Source of the DNA: an uncultured Actinomycetota bacterium
GTDB lineage: Bacteria; Actinomycetota; Actinomycetes; Mycobacteriales; CADCTP01
Length of the DNA stretch: 64,000 nt
Direction: 5' to 3'
Assembly: GCA_963728945.1 (NCBI GenBank)
Contig: CAVSMA010000002.1
Location: 738,723-802,722 of the forward strand
Numbering within the stretch: position 1 is the first letter of the stretch; each line of letters opens with the position of its first letter. Shown one piece after another: positions 54,653 to 64,000 of the stretch. A program made the translations under genes and the position numbers. The notes under the pieces are model-generated. The model was given only the letters and a program-made list of their open reading frames with translations, was not told where the DNA came from and did not search any database.

Positions 54653-55267
54653 GTGACGGTGCCGGCGGAGCGGCTGGCCGAGGCGGTCGCCGCGGCCGGC
54701 CGGGTGCTGGTCGACGTCGGCTGTGGGGACGGCCGGCACACCGTGCGGTGGGCCGAACGCCAACCGGACGCGCTGGTCGTCGGACTGGACGCGGAGACGA
54801 CCCGGCTGGACCGGTCGGTTGCCGTTGCGCGGAAGCGGAAGCTCGCGGTCGTGTTCGTGACGGCGGTGGCGGAGCACCCGCCCGAGCCGCTGCGGGGGCG
54901 GTGTGCGGAGATCGCGGTCGTGATGCCGTGGGGCTCCCTGCTGGACGGGATCCTCGGCGCGGATCCGGACGTGCTGCGCGCGGTGCTCGGGCTCGGTGCG
55001 CCGGGCGCGACCCTGGACGCGGTGGTCAACGTGCGGCCGTGGGACGCGCCGGCCTCGGTCGACCGCAAGCTCGCCGCGACGCCGGAGCCGACCTCCGAAC
55101 ACCTCGAGCGGCTCGTCGGCGTGTACGCGGAGCTGGGCTGGGCGCTGGAGCCGGCCGGCCTGCTCTCCGACGCCGACGCCCGCGGGCTCGGCTCGACCTG
55201 GGCGTCCCGGGTGGTCGCCGCCCGGGCCAGCCGGCTGCTGCGGCTGCGCGCGGTGGAGAAGTCGTGA
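54653..55267 (+). CDS. KamB/NpmA-family 16S rRNA (adenine1408-N1)-methyltransferase homolog
   Basis: VLVDVGCGDGRH (motif I), VVGLDAETTRL, VVMPWGSLLDGILG and GSTWASRV are present. These parallel KamB's VLDVGTGDGKH, VVALDA, VLMPWGSLLRGVLG and ETSWTRRL as I remember them. An alternative start, GTG 54560, directly abuts the upstream stop. Confidence 0.7.
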   Translation: MTVPAERLAEAVAAAGRVLVDVGCGDGRHTVRWAERQPDALVVGLDAETTRLDRSVAVARKRKLAVVFVTAVAEHPPEPLRGRCAEIAVVMPWGSLLDGILGADPDVLRAVLGLGAPGATLDAVVNVRPWDAPASVDRKLAATPEPTSEHLERLVGVYAELGWALEPAGLLSDADARGLGSTWASRVVAARASRLLRLRAVEKS

Positions 55268-56313
55268 AGCCGATACGGCTGACCGCGGCCGGCCACCCGG
55301 CGGTGACCGGCCGGCACGACAAGACGCTGGAGCTGACGGCGGCCGACTCGATCACCGCCCGGGCGACCTGCATCGTGGCCGTGTCCGCCGGCCCGCTGCC
55401 GGGCGACCTGCCGATGCTGCGCGAGCGGGTCCGGCTCACCCTGTCGGCGGGCGGGGTGAGCGCCGCGGTCGACGGCGAGGTCAACCCGGGCTGGCACTCG
55501 GCCGAGTCGCTGATCATCCGCCGCAGCGGCGCGCTCGACCCGGACACCTACCTGGCCAACGCCACCGGCGCGGCGGCCGACCTGCCCCCCGACCTGCTGG
55601 CCGCGTTGCGCGAACCCGCGGCGACGATCGAGGTGTCCGTCGAGGAGCTGGGCACGCCGACCCCGGTCGTGCTCGTGCTGACCGGGGGCCCGGCCACGGA
55701 CGAGATCGCCCGGCTCGCCGCGCAGGCCGACCTGGTCGTGGACCTCACCGGCCGGGGCGCTCCGCCGCCGCCCGTCCCGCTCAGCGCACCCCGCCGGCAC
55801 CGGATCCCGACCGGGGAGACGGCCCGCACGACGGTCGTCCTGACCGAGGATCCAGCCGCCGCGTTGCCGCTGACGACCGGCAACCGGGTCGTCCTCTGGC
55901 CTCCGAACCCGGGCGCCGACCTGCTGCTGTCCGCCGGGCGACCGCCGACCCCGCTCCTGCGGGCCGGCACCGCGAACCGCGAGCTCGCGCGGCTGCTGGC
56001 CGCGACTCCGGCGCCCGCGCTCGTCGACCTGGCCGGCGCCGACCCGGCCGAGCTGGCCCCCGACCACACCGTCCTCGCCGACGGCGCCGGGCTCGGCTGG
56101 GGCGTCCGGGCCACCGACGGGGCGCACGGAAGCCGGGTCGTGCTGGTGCCGCCGCCGAAGGACACGATCGGCATCGAGGCGGCCGAGCTGGCCCGGTTGC
56201 TGCGCGCGGCCGGGCGGTCCGGCAGGGACGCCGCCGCCGCGCTCACCGCGCTCGGCGTGCCGCGGCGGGAGGCCTACCGGCTCGCTGCGGATTCGGCTCG
56301 CCACCCTCGATAG
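55264..56313 (+). CDS. fusion: N-terminal DUF371 domain + C-terminal degenerate RsmI-like (tetrapyrrole-methylase-fold) domain
   Basis: There is a GTGA overlap with the upstream gene. DUF371-like part: [37 protein letters not shown]...SLIIRRS. The C-terminal part ends [25 protein letters not shown], like the RsmI C-terminus. The assignment of the C-terminal part is by eye only. Confidence 0.6.
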   Translation: MKPIRLTAAGHPAVTGRHDKTLELTAADSITARATCIVAVSAGPLPGDLPMLRERVRLTLSAGGVSAAVDGEVNPGWHSAESLIIRRSGALDPDTYLANATGAAADLPPDLLAALREPAATIEVSVEELGTPTPVVLVLTGGPATDEIARLAAQADLVVDLTGRGAPPPPVPLSAPRRHRIPTGETARTTVVLTEDPAAALPLTTGNRVVLWPPNPGADLLLSAGRPPTPLLRAGTANRELARLLAATPAPALVDLAGADPAELAPDHTVLADGAGLGWGVRATDGAHGSRVVLVPPPKDTIGIEAAELARLLRAAGRSGRDAAAALTALGVPRREAYRLAADSARHPR

Positions 56314-56356
56314 CATCGGCGTACCAACCGAGCACCACCGTGCACCAGGAGGAACC

Positions 56357-58510
56357 GTGTCGTCGCAGCCGTCTCCGTCCGCCGTTCCCGCCAGCGTGGC
56401 GGTCGCGGCCGGCACGACGGCCGCCGACGCGCTCGCCGCCGCCGGGGTGCCGCTGACCGGCCCGTCCGGCGCTGTCGTCGTGCGCGACCTCGGCACCGAC
56501 GCGCTCAAGGACCTCGACTGGGTGCCGGACGAGGACGCCAGGGTCGAGCCCGTCCCGCTGGACTCCGGTGCCGGCCGGTCGGTGCTGCGGCACTCGACCG
56601 CGCACGTCATGGCCCAGGCCGTGCAGGACCTGTTCCCGGGCACCAAGCTCGGCATCGGCCCGCCGATCGAGAACGGCTTCTACTACGACTTCCTCCCGGC
56701 CCGCCCGTTCACCCCGGACGACCTCGACCGCATCGACAAGCGGATGCAGGAGATCGTCAAGGCCGGGCAGCGCTTCTCCCGCCGGCCGGTCTCGGACGAC
56801 GAGGCGCGCGCCGAGCTGGCCGACGAGCCGTTCAAGCTGGAGCTGATCGGGCTCAAGGGCGCCGCCGAGGACACCGAGGGCGCCTCGGCCGAGGTCGGCG
56901 CCGGCCAGCTGACCATGTACGACAACCTCGACAAGGGCGGCGAGCGGGTCTGGACCGACCTGTGCCGGGGCCCGCACCTGCCGACCACCCGGCTGATCCC
57001 GGCCTTCAAGCTGATGCGCTCGGCCGCGGCGTACTGGCGGGGGTCGGAGAAAAACCCGCAGCTGCAACGGATCTACGGCACCGCCTGGGAGAGCCGGGAC
57101 GCGCTCAAGGAACACCTGCGGCTGCTGGCCGAGGCCGAGAAGCGCGACCACCGCCGGCTGGGCACCGAGCTCGACCTGTTCAGCTTCCCCGAGGAGATCG
57201 GCTCCGGGCTGCCGGTGTTCCACCCCAAGGGCGGGATCATCCGGCGCGAGCTGGAGGACTACTCACGGCGCCGGCACATCGCCGCCGGATACGAGTTCGT
57301 CAACACCCCGCACATCACCAAGGGCCACCTGTTCGAGGTCTCCGGCCACCTGGACTGGTACGCGGAGGGCATGTACCCGCCCATGCAGCTGGAGGGCGCG
57401 CAGTATTACCTCAAGCCGATGAACTGCCCGATGCACGACCTGATCTTCCGGGCCCGCGGCCGGTCGTACCGCGAACTGCCGCTGCGGATGTTCGAGTTCG
57501 GCACCGTCTACCGGCATGAGAAGTCCGGCGTCGTGCACGGGCTGACCCGGGTGCGCGGCCTGACCATGGACGACGCGCACATCTTCTGCGCCCCGGAGCA
57601 GGTCGCCGACGAGCTGCGCTCGCTGCTCACCTTCGTGCTCGACCTGCTGGCCGACTACGGGCTGGACGACTTCTACCTGGAGCTGTCCACCCGCAACCCG
57701 GAGAAGTCGATCGGCTCGGAGGAAGTCTGGGAGGTCGCGACCGAGACCCTGCGGTCGGTGGCCGAGGAGTCCGGGCTCGAGCTGGTCCCCGACCCCGGAG
57801 GCGCCGCGTTCTACGGGCCGAAGATCTCCGTCCAGGCGCGGGACGCGATCGGGCGGACCTGGCAGATGTCGACCATCCAGCTGGACTTCATGCTGCCGGA
57901 CCGGTTCGAGCTGGAATACCAGGCCGCGGACGGGTCGCGGCAGCGGCCGGTGATGATCCACCGGGCGCTGTTCGGCTCGATCGAGCGATTCTTCGGCATC
58001 CTCACCGAGCACTACGCCGGCGCGTTCCCGGCCTGGCTGTCGCCGGTGCAGGCGGTCGGCATTCCGGTGACCGACGCGCACGTGCCGTACCTGTCGGCGT
58101 TCGCCGACCGGCTGCGGGCCGAGGGCGTCCGGGTCGACGTGGACACCTCCGACGACCGGATGCAGAAGAAGATCCGCACCTGGACCAGGCAGAAGGTGCC
58201 GTTCCTGCTCATCGCCGGGGACGACGACGCCGGTGGGGGCACCGTGTCCTTCCGCTACCGGGACGGGTCGCAGCGCAACGGCGTGCCGCTGGACCAGGCG
58301 GCCGAGGAGATCCTGGCGACCATCCGCGGCCGGGTGAACGCCGGGCCGTCGGCGGCGCTGTTCGACGAGGCCGAAGCCGCCGAGCCGGGCGCCGGCGCCG
58401 GTACGGCGGTCGAGGCCGCCGCCGCCGGCGAGCTCGCGGCCGAGCGGGCGGCGGTCGAGCGGGTGGCGGCCGGCGACGGGCTCTCGGGGGAGGGGAGCGC
58501 GCCGGCGTGA
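56357..58510 (+). CDS. thrS: threonine--tRNA ligase
   Basis: [11 protein letters not shown], class II motifs ([41 protein letters not shown]) and QMSTIQLDF are present. The GTG start follows caggagg. There is an Ala-rich C-terminal extension. Confidence 0.97.
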   Translation: MSSQPSPSAVPASVAVAAGTTAADALAAAGVPLTGPSGAVVVRDLGTDALKDLDWVPDEDARVEPVPLDSGAGRSVLRHSTAHVMAQAVQDLFPGTKLGIGPPIENGFYYDFLPARPFTPDDLDRIDKRMQEIVKAGQRFSRRPVSDDEARAELADEPFKLELIGLKGAAEDTEGASAEVGAGQLTMYDNLDKGGERVWTDLCRGPHLPTTRLIPAFKLMRSAAAYWRGSEKNPQLQRIYGTAWESRDALKEHLRLLAEAEKRDHRRLGTELDLFSFPEEIGSGLPVFHPKGGIIRRELEDYSRRRHIAAGYEFVNTPHITKGHLFEVSGHLDWYAEGMYPPMQLEGAQYYLKPMNCPMHDLIFRARGRSYRELPLRMFEFGTVYRHEKSGVVHGLTRVRGLTMDDAHIFCAPEQVADELRSLLTFVLDLLADYGLDDFYLELSTRNPEKSIGSEEVWEVATETLRSVAEESGLELVPDPGGAAFYGPKISVQARDAIGRTWQMSTIQLDFMLPDRFELEYQAADGSRQRPVMIHRALFGSIERFFGILTEHYAGAFPAWLSPVQAVGIPVTDAHVPYLSAFADRLRAEGVRVDVDTSDDRMQKKIRTWTRQKVPFLLIAGDDDAGGGTVSFRYRDGSQRNGVPLDQAAEEILATIRGRVNAGPSAALFDEAEAAEPGAGAGTAVEAAAAGELAAERAAVERVAAGDGLSGEGSAPA

Positions 58511-59061
58511 CGGGCGCGGCGGGCGGACCGGAGCTGACCGGCCAGGACGGCGTCGGCGAGCCGGACGCGTTCGAGCGGCTGTGGACCCCGCACCGGATGG
58601 CCTACATCAAGGGCGAGGGCAAGCCGGCCTCGGAGGACGAGTGCCCGTTCTGCCGGGCGCCGAAGCTGTCGGACGAGGACGGGCTGATCCTCGCCCGCGG
58701 CACGCAGGTCTACGCGGTGCTCAACCTCTACCCGTACAACTCCGGGCACCTGATGACCGTCCCGTACCGGCACGTCGCCGACTACACCGACCTGACCGCG
58801 GACGAGTACGGGGAGCTTGCCGTCTTCACCCGTCAGGCGATGTCCGCGGTCCGGGCGGCCAGCGGCGCGCACGGCTTCAACATCGGGATGAACCAGGGCG
58901 CGGTGGCCGGTGCGGGGATCGCCGCCCACCTGCACCAGCACGTGGTGCCCCGGTGGGGCGGCGACACGAACTTCATGCCGGTGGTCGGGCACACCCGGGT
59001 GCTGCCGCAGTTGCTCGGCGAGACCAGGGCGATCCTCGCCGCCGCCTGGCCCAGCAGCTGA
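58507..59061 (+). CDS. HIT-family protein (Ap4A-phosphorylase-type neighbour of thrS)
   Basis: The histidine triad is [16 protein letters not shown] is present. There is a GTGA overlap with thrS. Confidence 0.9.
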   Translation: MTGAAGGPELTGQDGVGEPDAFERLWTPHRMAYIKGEGKPASEDECPFCRAPKLSDEDGLILARGTQVYAVLNLYPYNSGHLMTVPYRHVADYTDLTADEYGELAVFTRQAMSAVRAASGAHGFNIGMNQGAVAGAGIAAHLHQHVVPRWGGDTNFMPVVGHTRVLPQLLGETRAILAAAWPSS

Positions 59062-59115
59062 GCCGGCCGCGCCCGCCCGTTGTCATGCTCCGGCCGGGCC
59101 ACTGGGGGCGAGGCC

Positions 59116-61275
59116 TCAGTCCTGGTTGGCGGCCGCGATCGCCTTGCGCGCCTCGTGCTCCGGCATCGGGTCGTGCCGCAGGTAGCGCCGGGTGAACCGG
59201 CCGGTCCCGGCGGTGATCGAGCGGAGATCCACCGCGTATCGCAGCAGCTCGATCTCCGGCACCTCGGCGTTGACCACCGACCGTTCGCCGCCGATCGACT
59301 CGGTGCCGGTGACCCGGCCGCGCCGGCCGGACAGGTCGCTCATCACCGCGCCGACGTACTCGTCGGGCACGGTCACCGAGACCGACTGCAGCGGCTCGAG
59401 CAGCGAGATCGTCGTCGCCTTCGCCGCCTCCCGCAGCGCCAGCGCGCCGGCCACCTGGAACGCGGCGTCCGACGAGTCGACGCTGTGCGCCTTGCCGTCG
59501 ACCAGGGTCACCTTGAAGTCGACCACGGGGAACCCGGCGGCGACCCCGCGTTCCATCTGCTGCCGCACGCCCTTCTCCACCGAGGAGTGGAACTGCACCG
59601 GCACCGAGCCGCCGACGACCTTGACCTCGAACTCGAACCCGCCGCCGGTCGGCAGCGGCTCGACCTCGATGTCGCAGATCGCGAACTGCCCGTGGCCGCC
59701 GGACTGCTTGACGTGCCGGCCCTTGGCCGACGCCTTGCCCGCGAACGTCTCCCGCAGCGGAACGACGACGGGCACGGTCTCCAGCTCGACCCCCTGCTCG
59801 CGCAGCCGGTCGAGCAGCACGTCGGCGTGCGCCTCGCCCATGCACCACAGCACCAGCTGGTGCGTCTCCGCGTTGCGCTCCAGCCGCAGCGTCGGGTCGC
59901 CGGCGGTGAGCTTGGTCAGCCCCTTGGCCAGCGAGTCCTCGTCCGAGCGGGTCTTGGCCCGGACCGCGATCGGCAGCAGCGGCTCGGGCATGTCCCACGG
60001 CGCGACCAGCAGCGGCTCGTCCTTCGCCGAGATCGTGTCGCCGGTCTCCGCACTGGCCAGCTTGGTCACCGCGACGATGTCGCCGGCGACGGCGAAGTCG
60101 ACCGGTCGCAGCGTCGCCCCGAGCGGCGAGAACAGGTGCCCGACGCGCTCGTCGGTGTCGTGGTCCTCGTGCCCGCGCGCGGCCAGCCCGTGCCCGGCCA
60201 CGTGTACGGACAGGTCCGGCTTGAGCGTCCCGGAGAACACCCGCAGCAGCGACACCCGTCCCACGTACGGGTCGACGGTCGTCTTGACCACCTCGGCGAC
60301 CAGGGGGCCGGCCGGGTCGACGGCCAGCGGCTCGTGCGGGCTGCCGTCGATGTCGGTCACCGGCGGCAGCGCGTGCTCGGCCGGGGTCGGGAAGGCGCTG
60401 GTGAGCACCTCGAGGATGGCCTCGGCGCCGAGGCCGGAGGAACCGCAGGCGGCCAGCACGGGGTAGAACGAGCCGCGCGCGACCGCGGTCTCCAGGTCGT
60501 CGACGAGCGTCTCGATCGGGATGTCCTCGCCGCTGAGGTAGCGGTCCATCAGCGACTCGTCCTCGGACTCCGCGATGATGCCCTCGATCAGCTCGTTGCG
60601 CGGGCCCTCGATGAGCTCCAGGTGCTCCGGGTCGGCCGGCCGCTCGACCAGGCTGCCGCTGGAGTAGTCCTGCACGGTGCGGGACAGCAGCCCGATCAGG
60701 CCGCCGATGGTGCCGTCGTCGGCGTGCAGCGGCAGGTAGAGCGGCAGCACGTTGTCGCCGAACACCCGGCGGCAGACGGCGACCGACTCCTCGAAGTCGG
60801 CCCGCTGGTGGTCGAGCCGGGTCACCACCACCGCCCGCGGCATGCCGACCGCGGCGCACTCCTCCCAGAGCGCGATCGTGGTGGCGTCGACGCCGTCGAC
60901 GGAGGAGACCACGAACATCGCGGCGTCGGCGGCGCGCAGGCCGGCGCGCAGCTCGCCGACGAAGTCCGCGTAGCCGGGGGTGTCGAGCAGGTTGACCTTG
61001 ATCCCGTTGTGCTCGAACGGGGCGACCGACAGCGACACCGAGCGCTGCTGCTTGACCTCGGCCGGGTCGGAGTCGGACACGGTGGTGCCGTCGGGCACCG
61101 TGCCGGCCCGCGGGATCGTGCCGGTGGCCAGCAGCAACCCTTCCACCAGGGTGGTCTTGCCGGAGCCGGAATGGCCCACGACCGCGACGTTGCGGATCTG
61201 CTCGGGGCGGTCGACCGCCGCCGCCGCGACGACCGCCCCGCGGTCAGCTCCCTTGGTGGACCCTTTCGACGCCAT
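59116..61275 (-). CDS. fusA2: elongation factor G paralog (EF-G2-like GTPase)
   Basis: G1 is VAVVGHSGSGKTTL. Also present are DTPGYADF and TRLD. Domains II-V are full length. ATG 61275 follows ggagg. Confidence 0.9.
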   Translation of the reverse strand: MASKGSTKGADRGAVVAAAAVDRPEQIRNVAVVGHSGSGKTTLVEGLLLATGTIPRAGTVPDGTTVSDSDPAEVKQQRSVSLSVAPFEHNGIKVNLLDTPGYADFVGELRAGLRAADAAMFVVSSVDGVDATTIALWEECAAVGMPRAVVVTRLDHQRADFEESVAVCRRVFGDNVLPLYLPLHADDGTIGGLIGLLSRTVQDYSSGSLVERPADPEHLELIEGPRNELIEGIIAESEDESLMDRYLSGEDIPIETLVDDLETAVARGSFYPVLAACGSSGLGAEAILEVLTSAFPTPAEHALPPVTDIDGSPHEPLAVDPAGPLVAEVVKTTVDPYVGRVSLLRVFSGTLKPDLSVHVAGHGLAARGHEDHDTDERVGHLFSPLGATLRPVDFAVAGDIVAVTKLASAETGDTISAKDEPLLVAPWDMPEPLLPIAVRAKTRSDEDSLAKGLTKLTAGDPTLRLERNAETHQLVLWCMGEAHADVLLDRLREQGVELETVPVVVPLRETFAGKASAKGRHVKQSGGHGQFAICDIEVEPLPTGGGFEFEVKVVGGSVPVQFHSSVEKGVRQQMERGVAAGFPVVDFKVTLVDGKAHSVDSSDAAFQVAGALALREAAKATTISLLEPLQSVSVTVPDEYVGAVMSDLSGRRGRVTGTESIGGERSVVNAEVPEIELLRYAVDLRSITAGTGRFTRRYLRHDPMPEHEARKAIAAANQD

Positions 61276-61449
61276 TGGCCGCCTCCGGTCGTCCGTGCTG
61301 GTCTCCCGCGTCCTGCGATTCGACACCCTCCGCATGCGCACCGACAAGACTTCCGACGGACTTGGCAGGAAACACCGCGGTCCCGGCGCACGGCGGCCGG
61401 CCGGCCAGGCTCCGCCGCGTAGCGCCGCACCACTAAGGTGGGCCGCACC

Positions 61450-62079
61450 ATGACCGGTCTCTTCTCCCGCGGCCTGTTCTCCCGCAGCGGCTGGGGACGG
61501 GTGATGGGGCCACTGATCCGCTGGCTGGTCAAGCACGGCGTCACCGCCAACACGGTGACCGTGGTTGGCACGCTCGGCGCGATGGCCGGTGCCCTGGTTT
61601 TCTACTCCCGCGGCGTCTTCTTCGTCGGCACGCTGGTCATCTGGGCGTTCGCGATGCTCGACTTCGTCGACGGCTCGGTCGCCCGGGCGCAGGGCGGCTC
61701 GACGGTGTTCGGCGCGGTGCTCGACTCGACCCTCGACCGGGTCGTCGACGCGGCCGTGTTCGGCTCGCTCGTCTGGTGGTTCGCCGGCGCCGGCGACTCG
61801 ACGCCGCTGCTGCTGGCCTGCCTGCTCTGCCTCGTCCTCGGCTCGGTCGTGTCCTACGTCAAGGCCAGGGCCGAGGGTGCCGGGCTGCGCTGCGACGTCG
61901 GGCTGATCGAGCGGCCGCAGCGGCTGACCACCGCGCTGGTCGGCACCGGCCTCGACGGGCTCGGCGTGCCGTACGTGCAGGCGATCGCGCTGTGGGCGCT
62001 GGTCGCGCTGTCGGCGTACACGGCCTGGCAGCGGCTGGTCGAGGTGCACCGGCAGTCCCGGGCGGTGCAGCAGGGGTGA
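61450..62079 (+). CDS. pgsA1: CDP-alcohol phosphatidyltransferase (phosphatidylinositol-phosphate synthase type)
   Basis: The motif is DFVDGSVARAQGGSTVFGAVLDSTLDRVVD (Dx2DGx2AR..Gx3Dx3D). ATG 61450 follows aaggtggg (alternative GTG 61438). Confidence 0.85.
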   Translation: MTGLFSRGLFSRSGWGRVMGPLIRWLVKHGVTANTVTVVGTLGAMAGALVFYSRGVFFVGTLVIWAFAMLDFVDGSVARAQGGSTVFGAVLDSTLDRVVDAAVFGSLVWWFAGAGDSTPLLLACLLCLVLGSVVSYVKARAEGAGLRCDVGLIERPQRLTTALVGTGLDGLGVPYVQAIALWALVALSAYTAWQRLVEVHRQSRAVQQG

Positions 62080-63002
62080 GCGTGCGGGATCGGGCGGTCG
62101 ACGGGGCCTTCGCCGCCGGCTGGGCCGCGGTGCGGGCGCTGCCGCAGCCGGTCGCGTCGGCCGCGTTCGTGGCGGTCGGTGAGCTGGCCGCGCGTCGGGA
62201 CAGCCGCGGCGTGCGCCGGCTGCGGGCGAACCTGGCCCGGGTGGTCCCGCCCGGCACCGACCTGGATGCGCTGGTGCGCCGGGCGATGCGGTCGTACGCG
62301 CGGTACTGGATGGAGACGTTCCGGCTGTCCCGGATCACGCCGGAGACGGTGCGCGCGCGCACCGAGGTGATCGGCGGCGACATCCTGGACAAGGCGCTGG
62401 CCAGCGGGCGCGGCGTGATCCTGGCGCTGCCGCACTGCGGCAACTGGGAGTCGGCCGGGGTCTGGCTGCTCGACCACGGCTACCCGCTGAGCACCGTGGC
62501 CGAGCGGCTGAAGCCAGAGTCCCTGTACGAGCGGTTCGTCGCCTACCGGAAGAGCCTCGGCATGGAGGTGCTGCCGCTGACCGGCGGCGAGCGCTCGCCC
62601 AGCGACGTGCTCAAGGACCGGCTGCGCGAGGGAGACCGGGTGGTGTGCCTGCTCGCCGACCGGGATCTGACCAAGCGCGGGATCGACGTCGAGTTCTTCG
62701 GCGACACCGCGCGGATGCCGGCCGGTCCGGCGCTGCTGGCCGCGAGCACCGGCGCCGCGCTGCTGCCGGTCGGGACCTGGTTCACCCGGGGCGGCTGGGG
62801 GATCCGGATCCACCCCGAGGTGCCGATCGCCGAGAGCGGTCGGCTGCGGGACAAGGTCGCCGCCGCGACCCAGGAGCTCGCCGACGCGTTCGCGGCCGAC
62901 ATCGCGCTGCGCCCGCACGACTGGCACATGCTGCAGCGGCTCTGGCTCAGCGACCTGCCCGGGATCGAGCCGGCCACCGACGAGCCCAGCGGCGCGGGGT
63001 GA
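62076..63002 (+). CDS. LpxL/HtrB-family acyltransferase (PIM acyltransferase PatA-type)
   Basis: There is a GTGA overlap with pgsA1. LALPHCGNWESAG (HX4E/D-type motif) and CLLADRDLT are present. The position between pgsA1 and pimA is conserved. Confidence 0.8.
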   Translation: MSVRDRAVDGAFAAGWAAVRALPQPVASAAFVAVGELAARRDSRGVRRLRANLARVVPPGTDLDALVRRAMRSYARYWMETFRLSRITPETVRARTEVIGGDILDKALASGRGVILALPHCGNWESAGVWLLDHGYPLSTVAERLKPESLYERFVAYRKSLGMEVLPLTGGERSPSDVLKDRLREGDRVVCLLADRDLTKRGIDVEFFGDTARMPAGPALLAASTGAALLPVGTWFTRGGWGIRIHPEVPIAESGRLRDKVAAATQELADAFAADIALRPHDWHMLQRLWLSDLPGIEPATDEPSGAG

Positions 63003-63006
63003 GCGG

Positions 63007-64000
63007 ATGCGGGTCGGGCTGGTGTGTCCGTACTCCTGGGACATCCCCGGGGGTGTGCAGGCGCACGTCCGGGACCTGGCCGAGGCGCTGATCGACCTCG
63101 GCCACGAGGTCTCGCTGCTGACCCCGGCCGACGAGGACACCCCGCTGCCGCCGTACGCGGTCTCGGCCGGGCGGGCGCTGCCGGTACGCTACAACGGCTC
63201 GGTCGCCCGGCTGCAGTTCGGCCCGGTGTCGGCGGCCAGGGCCCGCCGGTGGCTGCGGGAGGGCCGGTTCGACGTGCTGCACCTGCACGAGCCGTCGACG
63301 CTGAGCCTGTCGCTGACCGTGCTCATGCTCGCCCGCGGGCCGATCGTGGCGACCTGGCACAGCTCGATGACCCGGTCCCGCACGCTGTCGGCGCTGTCCG
63401 CGCCGCTGCAGCCGTTCCTGGAGAAGATCAGCGGCCGGATCGCGGTGTCGGCGGCCGCCCGCCGGCTGCAGGTCGAGCACCTCGGCGGCGACGCGGTGGA
63501 GATCCCCAACGGCGTCGCGGTCGCCCAGTACGCCACCGCCGAGCCGTTGCCCGGCTACCCGCGGCCGGGCACGGTCGGCTTCCTCGGCCGGTACGACGAG
63601 CCGCGCAAGGGCATGCCGGTGCTGCTCGACGGGCTGGCCCGGCTCGCGCCGGACCGGCCCGAGCTGCGGCTGCTGATCGCCGGCCGCGGCGACGCCGACG
63701 ACCTGCTGTCCGAGCTCCCGCCGGCGCTGGCCGGCCGCGTGGAGCTGATGGGCCAGGTGAGCGAGGCGGACAAGGCGCGCATGCTGCGCTCGATCGACGT
63801 CTACTGCGCGCCCAACCTCGGCGGCGAGAGCTTCGGGATCATCCTGCTGGAGGCGATGGCGGCCGGCGCCCCGATCGTGGCCAGCGACCTCGACCCGTTC
63901 CGCCGCGTGCTCGACGACGGCCGGGCCGGCACGCTGTTCCGCACCGGCGACCCGGCCGCGCTGGCGAAGGCCCTGGCCGGGCTGCTCGACGACCCGGCCC
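63007..64000 (+). CDS. pimA: GT4 phosphatidylinositol alpha-mannosyltransferase, 3'-truncated by the window edge
   Basis: MRVGLVCPYSWDIPGGVQAHVRDLAEAL and GGESFGIILLEAMAAGAPIVASD (E-x7-E region) are present. The frame is open to base 64000. Confidence 0.85.
   Translation, partial: MRVGLVCPYSWDIPGGVQAHVRDLAEALIDLGHEVSLLTPADEDTPLPPYAVSAGRALPVRYNGSVARLQFGPVSAARARRWLREGRFDVLHLHEPSTLSLSLTVLMLARGPIVATWHSSMTRSRTLSALSAPLQPFLEKISGRIAVSAAARRLQVEHLGGDAVEIPNGVAVAQYATAEPLPGYPRPGTVGFLGRYDEPRKGMPVLLDGLARLAPDRPELRLLIAGRGDADDLLSELPPALAGRVELMGQVSEADKARMLRSIDVYCAPNLGGESFGIILLEAMAAGAPIVASDLDPFRRVLDDGRAGTLFRTGDPAALAKALAGLLDDPA

Noticed and set aside
50087-55102. A 1671-aa ORF on the minus strand. Similar giants occur at 19685..22240 (-), 20971..23691 (+), 38085..40556 (+), 54262..56655 (-) and 59080..61422 (+).
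   Set aside because: All are Arg/Pro/Gly/Ala-rich read-throughs that are antisense or out of frame to genes with clear motifs. Only the last 159 codons of 50087..55102 (a PNPOx-family protein) look real. Long stop-free shadow frames are expected at this GC content.
59116-61275. An EF-G paralog on the opposite strand, interrupting the thrS, HIT, pgsA1, acyltransferase, pimA order known from Mycobacterium.
   Set aside because: It looks like an insertion relative to Mycobacterium tuberculosis. From memory, however, Streptomyces has an EF-G-like gene at the same position. It is therefore probably an ancestral actinomycete arrangement rather than a novelty.

Overview
This is a very GC-rich chromosomal segment, with third codon positions almost all G/C. 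That makes it almost certainly actinobacterial, from a morphologically complex lineage, since SsgB-type and PIM-biosynthesis genes are present. All family names come from motifs read by eye and from memory; no search was run.

Housekeeping backbone:
- rpsA and coaE
- a tRNA Gly-Cys-Val cluster plus a second tRNA-Val
- hutH, hutU and hutI
- thrS, a HIT protein and an EF-G paralog
- pgsA1, a PatA-type acyltransferase and pimA (cut by the right edge)

Accessory and unusual content:
1. A compact sugar-tailoring and glycosyl-transfer cluster at 23.7-29.5 kb. It holds a radical SAM enzyme, a methyltransferase, an SDR-aminotransferase fusion, and a split Alg14/Alg13-like glycosyltransferase whose Alg13 half is fused to a methyltransferase. 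It lies next to an ssgB-like gene and an ECF sigma/anti-sigma pair. This is my best candidate for an undescribed system.
2. A translationally coupled trio directly upstream of thrS: a membrane alpha/beta-hydrolase, a KamB/NpmA-like 16S rRNA methyltransferase, and a DUF371 protein fused to a degenerate RsmI-like domain.
3. A BNR/Asp-box propeller gene coupled to a MoaD/ThiS-like gene whose product ends in GG.
4. A decayed 1.4-kb tandem segmental duplication after coaE.
5. A metal island: an ArsC-ArsN fusion, an ArsR/SmtB regulator preceded by a perfect 24-bp palindrome, a CopB-type ATPase and a NiCoT transporter.
6. Gene remnants and apparent +1 frameshifts in hutI, copB and possibly the sulP tail.

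No transposase, integrase, CRISPR array or rRNA gene was seen.
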